From Capsulimonadaceae bacterium (GTDB lineage: Bacteria > Armatimonadota > Armatimonadia > Armatimonadales > Capsulimonadaceae): a stretch of DNA of 64,000 bases. This document shows positions 58,292-64,000 of this stretch, one piece after another. The notes beneath the pieces were generated by a model. The model was not told the DNA's origin and did no database searches. It worked only from the letters and a program-made list of their open reading frames with translations. Each line of letters opens with the position of its first letter. The first letter of the stretch is position 1. A program made the translations under genes and the position numbers. Where the stretch lies: the NCBI GenBank assembly GCA_965215505.1, contig OZ244065.1, forward strand, positions 5,824,001-5,888,000. Reading direction: 5' to 3'.

Positions 58292-60339
58292 ACGCCGCCC
58301 GCCTCGGCCTTGCCGCCCTGTGCCTGCTGGCCGGCGGCCTGGCCCCCGCCCGTGCCAAAGCCCCGCTGCCGACCGTGTTGCTTTTCCCGGCGACGGCCTC
58401 TGACGTGCCCGCGATGGTGGACCTGCGGACGCGCCTCCGTCTCGACGGCGTCCTCCAGGCCCTGACCTACGACCCCGACTCGGCCTCGGTCAAGCGGGTG
58501 GCATCGGAAACCTCGCACCCGGAGTGGCTGATTGGGACGCTCTCCGACAACGCCCGCTTGGCCCTGGCCCGTGCCCTTGGGGTGGCCTTCTACGCCGTGG
58601 TCAGCCCCGGACGCCAGAGCGACAGCACCCACATTGAGCTTGTCCAAACCGCCCCGCCCGCCCTCACTTTCGACTGGTACGGCGTCAACCGGCAGTATGG
58701 GGCGCGTGCCTTAGAATCTCAGGCCCAAGCCGCGCTCGGGCCGGTCGCCCAAGCCGCCAGCATCCCCGCGCCCACTTCCGGCGCGATGGCTTCGGCTCCC
58801 GGTATCTCGGCACCCGCGTTCGCCGTTCCCGCTCCCGCGCCCGTGGTGGTCGCCCCCGCTCCCGCGCCCGTGGTGGTCGCCCCCGCTCCCGCGCCCGTGG
58901 TGGTCGCCCCCGCTCCCGCGCCCGTGGTGGTCGCCCCCGTTGCTCCTGCTGCTCCCAGGCCCTTTATCACTGCGCCGCCTGCGTTGCCTCCAGTAATAGC
59001 ATCGCCCGCCGGACCTGCCCCCGTCGTCAAACCTGTTCCTGTCCCGGAGCCGGCTCGAATCGCGGTCAATCCGGTGCCGACATCCGTGGCAACTCCGATG
59101 CCCGTGCCGGTCATCGCGCCGCCCGTGCCGGTCATCGCGCCGCCCGTGCCGGTCATCGCGCCGCCCGTGCCGGTCATTGCGTTGCCTGTCCCGATCACCA
59201 CGCCGCCTGCTGCCCGCGTCGCCGCGCCTGTTCCCCAGGCCACCAAAGCCGCACCGCCTGCTCCGGCCGTCGTGCCCCGCGCTCCTGTGCCCCTCGTGGC
59301 TGCCCTGCCGCCACGCCCGAGCATCTTCGCCCCGCCGACGCCACAGGACTTCACGGCCATACCACCCGCCCGGCCCGCACCGGCCCGTGACGTCATTGCC
59401 CCCGTCAAGCCTGCCCCTAATGCGGAAGACCTCGCAGCCATCGCGCCGCTGATGCGGAAGGGCGACGCCGCCCTGGAAGGCGGCGACGTCGTCGGGGCCA
59501 TCGCTCTGTACCGTCAGGCCGTCAACGGCGCTCCTCTGAGCCTTGTCCCGCGCCTCAAACTGGCACAGGCATACCAGAAGGGCGGGTTGAGCGAGAAGGC
59601 ACTCAGCGAGGCACAGCGCGCGCTGGAGATCGCGCCGGACAACCAGCCGGTGCAGCAGTTCCTCTCCGAACTGGACCAGGAGAACGGCACCTCAGACGGC
59701 ACCCTGGCCCGCTACCGTGTCCTGATCGAGCATAACGCCGATGAACCGGCCGCCCATGCCGGGCTGGCCGAGGCCCTGTGGAACAGCGGCGACCTGAGCG
59801 GGGCAGAAACCGAATACAAGACCGCCAAGCGGCTGGCACCTCCCGGCGACCACACCGCCGATGCCCACCTCGCCCAGCTTTATGCCACCCAGGCCCGCTA
59901 CGATGACTGCCTGGCCGCACTCCAGGAAGCCGGCAAGGACGGTTACGCGCTGGCCCTCAAGATCGTCAAGAACCGCGCGGACACACTCAGCGGCACCATC
60001 GAAGCCTCGCGCGAGGCCTTCGCCGGCGGCAAGAGTACGCGCGAGCAGTTCTACGACGGGGCTAAGACGACCGACTCCCAGGCCCAGGCGCTGGCCGGCT
60101 TCGTCGCCCGCGTCACCCCTCCCGCCGAGTACAAGCTGTCTCACCTGCACCGGATGCTCTCCACCAACCTGCTCGCGCAGGAGGCGGCCACCCTGCGGGC
60201 CTTCATCGAAACCGGCGATGCCAAGCAGAGCGACAGCGTCTCCAAACTGGAGAAGGCCGCCCAGACCGAGATGCTGACCGCCCAGGCGGCGGAGGAGAAA
60301 CTCGGCCTGTGGGATAGGAACAGCGAAGCCAGGAAGTAA
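58273..60339 (+). CDS. secreted Pro/Ala/Val-repeat + TPR protein
   Basis: Signal peptide; tandem APAPAPVVV and PVPVIAP repeats; C-terminal TPRs. Confidence 0.75.
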   Translation: MSAKPVDAARLGLAALCLLAGGLAPARAKAPLPTVLLFPATASDVPAMVDLRTRLRLDGVLQALTYDPDSASVKRVASETSHPEWLIGTLSDNARLALARALGVAFYAVVSPGRQSDSTHIELVQTAPPALTFDWYGVNRQYGARALESQAQAALGPVAQAASIPAPTSGAMASAPGISAPAFAVPAPAPVVVAPAPAPVVVAPAPAPVVVAPAPAPVVVAPVAPAAPRPFITAPPALPPVIASPAGPAPVVKPVPVPEPARIAVNPVPTSVATPMPVPVIAPPVPVIAPPVPVIAPPVPVIALPVPITTPPAARVAAPVPQATKAAPPAPAVVPRAPVPLVAALPPRPSIFAPPTPQDFTAIPPARPAPARDVIAPVKPAPNAEDLAAIAPLMRKGDAALEGGDVVGAIALYRQAVNGAPLSLVPRLKLAQAYQKGGLSEKALSEAQRALEIAPDNQPVQQFLSELDQENGTSDGTLARYRVLIEHNADEPAAHAGLAEALWNSGDLSGAETEYKTAKRLAPPGDHTADAHLAQLYATQARYDDCLAALQEAGKDGYALALKIVKNRADTLSGTIEASREAFAGGKSTREQFYDGAKTTDSQAQALAGFVARVTPPAEYKLSHLHRMLSTNLLAQEAATLRAFIETGDAKQSDSVSKLEKAAQTEMLTAQAAEEKLGLWDRNSEARK
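58828..59177 (+). repeat. intragenic tandem repeats (4 x 27 bp; about 3.7 x 21 bp)
   Basis: CCCGCTCCCGCGCCCGTGGTGGTCGCC x4 (58828-58935); CCCGTGCCGGTCATCGCGCCG x3+ (59101-59177). Confidence 0.95.
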
Positions 60340-60361
60340 GCCTGATCAGGAAGTAAGCCCG

Positions 60362-61099
60362 ATGTCGTTATGGAACCAGTGGCTGCCTGGGGCGTCGGAC
60401 GCGGCGGAGGCCGAGCGCGTCCCACTGCCGCGCGTCGGCGAGACCGTCCGGATCCACGCGGTGGGGGATGCCTACCTCGGCGTCTACCATTCGCGAGTCC
60501 GCGCTGTCGGCCCGCGCCGGATCACGCTGAACAGCCCCGAGGCGGCGGGTTCCTCGGAGACGGTGGGCGATGTCGCCCACATCCTCCCGGTCTATACGCC
60601 GCTGACGCTCTCCTTCATCCGGGCGGATGAGCTGTACCAGTGCGAGACGCGCGTCGTCGGGCCGGTCAAGGCGGGGACCCTCACCGTCGCCCGCCCGCGC
60701 CTCATCACGCGCGTCCAGCGCCGCCAGTTCTACCGCCTGCCGCTGCACTCGCATACCCATTTCCGGGTGCGCGGTGAGACCGGCAGCACCGCCCTCATCC
60801 CCGCCCGGCTGGTCAACCTGTCCGGCGGCGGCGCGCTCCTCGCCTCCCCCAAGCCAGTCCTCGGCGGCCTCCGCGTCAGCCTCCGCGTCCCGTCCGGCAA
60901 AGACGGCGAGCCGCTGGAAGTGGAGGCCGACGCCCTCGACTGCCGGGTGACGACCCAAGGCACGGCGCGCACCTACCTGGTTCGCCTCCGCTTCCTCGGC
61001 CCGCCGCTCCTGACGGAAGAGGACCGCGACGAGATCGTCGCCTACATCTTCGAGCAGCAGCGCTTCCTCCTGCGGAACCGGAAACTCCTGCGGGCGTGA
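60362..61099 (+). CDS. YcgR-like PilZ c-di-GMP receptor (flagellar brake-like)
   Basis: QRRQFYR (RxxxR) and NLSGGG motifs, with an N-terminal YcgR-like domain. Confidence 0.88.
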   Translation: MSLWNQWLPGASDAAEAERVPLPRVGETVRIHAVGDAYLGVYHSRVRAVGPRRITLNSPEAAGSSETVGDVAHILPVYTPLTLSFIRADELYQCETRVVGPVKAGTLTVARPRLITRVQRRQFYRLPLHSHTHFRVRGETGSTALIPARLVNLSGGGALLASPKPVLGGLRVSLRVPSGKDGEPLEVEADALDCRVTTQGTARTYLVRLRFLGPPLLTEEDRDEIVAYIFEQQRFLLRNRKLLRA

Positions 61100-61113
61100 C
61101 CGCTTGCTGAGAC

Positions 61114-61315
61114 AAAAAAATGCCTGTGGCCGATTCGCGGAAAGCGTTTCAGCCACAGGCTCCGCCAGAAAGGCGGATCTTGAAAAGGAGGACATGCGCC
61201 CTTTAACCTACGCACGGACGTTCCGAAAAGTTCCGGTGGGGGCGTAAAGCACCCATTTCTGTCCCTGGGTATCCTGTATTCTTCCTCACTACTGGTGGCA
61301 CCCGGAGTGCGTGCC
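61114..61315 (-). ncRNA. putative orphan small RNA (about 200 nt)
   Basis: Minus-strand promoter TTGGCG(61350-61345)-17-TACAAT(61327-61322) and minus-strand terminator GCCTGTGGC..GCCACAGGC-A-T7, while both flanking genes are on the plus strand. Confidence 0.6.
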
Positions 61316-61395
61316 TGCATGATTGTAACCCCACATTAACCCCCCGCCAAACCCCCGGCATTTACATACGAGAGCCTATAGGCTAAAATAAGGGC

Positions 61396-62376
61396 ATGGA
61401 ACGACGCGCGCCTTCGCAGATGTTCATCGGCGCGTCTCCTCACGCTGGCCGTATGCCTCTCCCGATCCTTTGCTTGATGATCGGCATTAATCTTCTGTGG
61501 TCAGGGTCGGGCCTCGCGGCCAAGATCGCGCTCCACAGCATCCCCCCCATGACCCTGGCGTTTGCCCGGTTCGCCATCGCCGCTCTGCTGATGTACGCCC
61601 TCGCCCTCGCGCTCAAGATAGACCTCCGGGTCGCGCGGCGCGACTGGGGCATGTTCTGGGCGATGGGCGTTCTCGGCCTGGCCCTCACGTACTTGCTGCA
61701 ATACATGGGTCTGCGGCTGACTACGGTGTCCAATGCCGCTCTGCTGCATGCCACCGAGACCGTTTTCCTCTCACTCCTGGCCTTCTTTTTCCTCCGGGAA
61801 GCCATGCCGAAGGCCAAAATCGCCGGCATCACGCTCGGCCTGGTCGGCGTTTATCTGATCGTCGCCAACGGCCTGAGACCGCCCGCGTTCTCCGGCATGA
61901 CACAAGGGAATTTGCTGATTGCCCTGGCCCTCGCCTTTGAGGCCGCCTCCAGCATCGTAGGCAAGGGCCTGGTGGCCCGCTACCCCATCCACTCGGTCGT
62001 CACCTACCAAATGTTGAGCGGCGCGGTCGCCCTGGCGCCGTTCTCCGCCTATGAGCTGACACGGATGATCTCCCAGGGTCATGCGCTGGCGGTCCCGCCC
62101 GCGCCTGCCTTGTGGAGCCTAGCCTACCTCATCCTCCCCTGCACCGTGTTCGGCTATATGGTCTGGTTCACCATCCTGGACAAGCATGAGGCCGGCGAGA
62201 TGTCCGTGTTCCTGTTCATTCAGCCCGTTGCCGGCGCATTCCTCGGTGCCTATTTCCTGGGAGACCCGATCACCACGTTCACTGTGGCGGGCGCCGTCCT
62301 CGTCCTCCTCGCCGTCGGCCTGGTCAACCGGAGGCCTTCCGCCCCGCAGCCCTCGCCGGCACCGCCGGGGCCGTGA
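61396..62376 (+). CDS. DMT/EamA family transporter
   Basis: LLWSG, PPMTLAFARF, two EamA halves, QPVAG..LGDPIT. Confidence 0.92.
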   Translation: MERRAPSQMFIGASPHAGRMPLPILCLMIGINLLWSGSGLAAKIALHSIPPMTLAFARFAIAALLMYALALALKIDLRVARRDWGMFWAMGVLGLALTYLLQYMGLRLTTVSNAALLHATETVFLSLLAFFFLREAMPKAKIAGITLGLVGVYLIVANGLRPPAFSGMTQGNLLIALALAFEAASSIVGKGLVARYPIHSVVTYQMLSGAVALAPFSAYELTRMISQGHALAVPPAPALWSLAYLILPCTVFGYMVWFTILDKHEAGEMSVFLFIQPVAGAFLGAYFLGDPITTFTVAGAVLVLLAVGLVNRRPSAPQPSPAPPGP

Positions 62377-62387
62377 AAGCGCAAAGA

Positions 62388-62420
62388 AAGACGGGGACGT
62401 GCTGGGCACGTCCCCGTCTT
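62388..62420. terminator. bidirectional terminator
   Basis: Perfect 15-bp stem AAGACGGGGACGTGC-TGG-GCACGTCCCCGTCTT between convergent genes. Confidence 0.85.
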
Positions 62421-62456
62421 AGTTATTGAACGATGCTGTTGTCTAAAGCTCGCTTG

Positions 62457-63224
62457 TTAAGCTCGCTTGCGGCGGCGGGCGATGGCGACGCCGCCCAGAC
62501 CCAGGGCGAGCAGCAGGCCAAAGCTGGCCGTCGTGGAGGCTTCCGGCACGGCGGGAACGCCCGCGTTGAGGGCCAGAGTCGGTGCGGAGTAGCCGGCGCC
62601 GGTGTACTTGGCACCGTCAATCTCCGTCCCGACGGTGCCGCCCGCCGGAGCACCCATGACGAGCTTGACGTCGCCGGCCTTGAGGTCGTTGGAGAGTGCG
62701 GTCTGTGCCGCCGCGCTCAGGATGAACGTGAAACTCGCGGGGCCGCTGACGGTCGTTCCACCTGCGGTATAAGGCTGGGTGGTGTAGGTTTGGGTGCCGA
62801 GGGACGTCAGGGTGCCGAGCTGCGTGCCAATGCCATCGTTCGGGCCGTCTGCCCCCGCAGCGCCAACCTGGTAGAGCAGGCCTTCCGAGCCGGTTCCGGT
62901 GAGCGGGGTGGTGTTGCCGGACAGGAAGAAGTCAAGGGGGCCGGACACGCCGTACTTGCCCGAGTAGGTGGTCATCGTCAGCGTGAAGCTGGTGATGGGG
63001 CTGGTGGAGGCACTCGTGCCGGCGAAGTCGAAGACGCCGAATTCCCCGAAGCCCACGTCGCCGGGGGCCGTGTTGGACTCGACGGAGATTGAGTTGGCGC
63101 TCGTCCCTTCCTTGGTCGCTGAGGCGTAGGCACTGTTGGTTTCGCTAAGCGTCTGCGCCATCGCCCCGGTCATGCTGCCTGCCGCAAGCATCGCGGCGAT
63201 GGTGAGTGTCTTAAATAATCGCAT
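62457..63224 (-). CDS. PEP-CTERM-type sorted surface protein
   Basis: Signal peptide; Thr/Ser/Gly-rich body; C-terminal VPEASTTASFGLLLALGLGGVAIARRRKRA. Confidence 0.88.
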   Translation of the reverse strand: MRLFKTLTIAAMLAAGSMTGAMAQTLSETNSAYASATKEGTSANSISVESNTAPGDVGFGEFGVFDFAGTSASTSPITSFTLTMTTYSGKYGVSGPLDFFLSGNTTPLTGTGSEGLLYQVGAAGADGPNDGIGTQLGTLTSLGTQTYTTQPYTAGGTTVSGPASFTFILSAAAQTALSNDLKAGDVKLVMGAPAGGTVGTEIDGAKYTGAGYSAPTLALNAGVPAVPEASTTASFGLLLALGLGGVAIARRRKRA

Positions 63225-63280
63225 CGTGGATAATCTCCTTGTCGTAGTCACCCGCAGTCTTAGTTTTGTGGGTACAGGAG

Positions 63281-63335
63281 ATTAAAGCACACCGATGTTA
63301 AGACAGTGTTAAGGCTGGCTTAACTTCACGTTAAG
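63281..63335 (-). promoter_or_regulatory. Pho-box-like array (OmpR/PhoB-family sites) and -10
   Basis: TTAA at 63298, 63309, 63320, 63331 (exact 11-bp period; CTTAAC on the minus strand), 10 nt upstream of TTTAAT (63286-63281). Confidence 0.65.
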
Positions 63336-63356
63336 CGGTATCCACTCCTACCAAAC

Positions 63357-63929
63357 TCACCCATTAAAACGATTCATCGCCCGTTCGATGCCTTCAGCCA
63401 GCCACACTTCAAGTGCGGCGACGGCCCGGCCAGTCGTCTCGTCTACATCCTTCTGCTCGGCCCGGCTAAACCGCCCTAGCACGAAATCAATCTGCACGGA
63501 TGGGTCACGGGGGGCGCCGACGCCGAAGCGCAGACGCGGGAAGGCCTGCCCATGCAGGTGCGCGATGAGCGACTTTAGGCCGTTATGCCCTCCCGCCGAG
63601 CCTTCCGCCCGCAGCCGCAGCTTGCCGACGGGCAGCGCGATGTCGTCCGTCACGACCAGGATATCCACGAGGGCCAGTGGCTTCTGGCGCAGGAAGGCGG
63701 CGACCGACTGGCCGGACAGGTTCATGAACGTCTGCGGCTTCAGCAGAAAGACGCGCGCATCACCCACGCGCCCGTCACCGACCAGCGCCTGCCCCTCCCG
63801 CCGCGTCACGGCGATGCCGTGGATGCGCGCGAAGGCGTCCACCACATCAAATCCAATGTTGTGCCGCGTGCGCTCGTACTCCTTGCCCGGATTGCCCAGG
63901 CCCACGATCAGCTTGGTCGGAATGTCCAT
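63357..63929 (-). CDS. pth: peptidyl-tRNA hydrolase
   Basis: LIVGLGNPG..TRHNIG, KPQTFMNLSG, GGHNGLKS, RLRFGVG, MNRFN. Confidence 0.97.
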   Translation of the reverse strand: MDIPTKLIVGLGNPGKEYERTRHNIGFDVVDAFARIHGIAVTRREGQALVGDGRVGDARVFLLKPQTFMNLSGQSVAAFLRQKPLALVDILVVTDDIALPVGKLRLRAEGSAGGHNGLKSLIAHLHGQAFPRLRFGVGAPRDPSVQIDFVLGRFSRAEQKDVDETTGRAVAALEVWLAEGIERAMNRFNG

Positions 63930-64000
63930 CGATGTGTATGTTTCCAATGGCGCAATGCGCGAGGAATGGAGAAGGCGGAAACAGAGAAGGGCGAGAAAAG

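Noticed and set aside
61183-61247. Plus-strand AGGAGG + 17-codon ORF (MRPLTYARTFRKVPVGA)
   Set aside because: SD-to-ATG spacing is only about 2 nt. It is better explained as the complement of an anti-SD tract in the minus-strand RNA.

Overview
GC-rich bacterial chromosomal window, probably Armatimonadota (inferred from the style of the PEP-CTERM tail and the gene content; not verifiable here). The left end is a selenocysteine locus: selD (partial), tRNA-Sec (selC), fdhD, and a convergent AhpD/CMD-like gene whose CxxC-equivalent motif reads CFY-UGA and is followed by a SECIS-like hairpin, i.e. a selenoprotein that the ORF track splits in two. A Sec-containing formate dehydrogenase operon (alpha/beta/NrfD) lies at 10.3-15.6 kb. 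Between them sits a translationally coupled pair of AAA_35/STAND-like NTPases: a membrane-anchored one with an extracytoplasmic domain and a cytoplasmic class III cyclase-TIR-NTPase, resembling a paired sensor/executor system. The rest holds murA-mreB, a TetR-TolC-HlyD-MFS efflux operon, phzF-like, BNR/sialidase-like and frameshifted GH3 genes, a solitary HsdR-N-type nuclease, and prkA...yhbH with inserted genes. It also holds an AT-richer DUF262+HEPN cassette, TA-like pairs, ruvB, TPR/Pro-rich genes, a PilZ gene, a DMT transporter, a PEP-CTERM gene and pth. Non-coding signals read directly from the sequence include a leader-peptide attenuator upstream of prkA and an orphan ~200-nt minus-strand sRNA with its own promoter and terminator. 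Others are a Pho-box-like 11-bp array, LacI-like, TetR-like and LexA-like sites, and REP/REPIN-like palindromic elements. All family assignments come from motif recognition without database searches.
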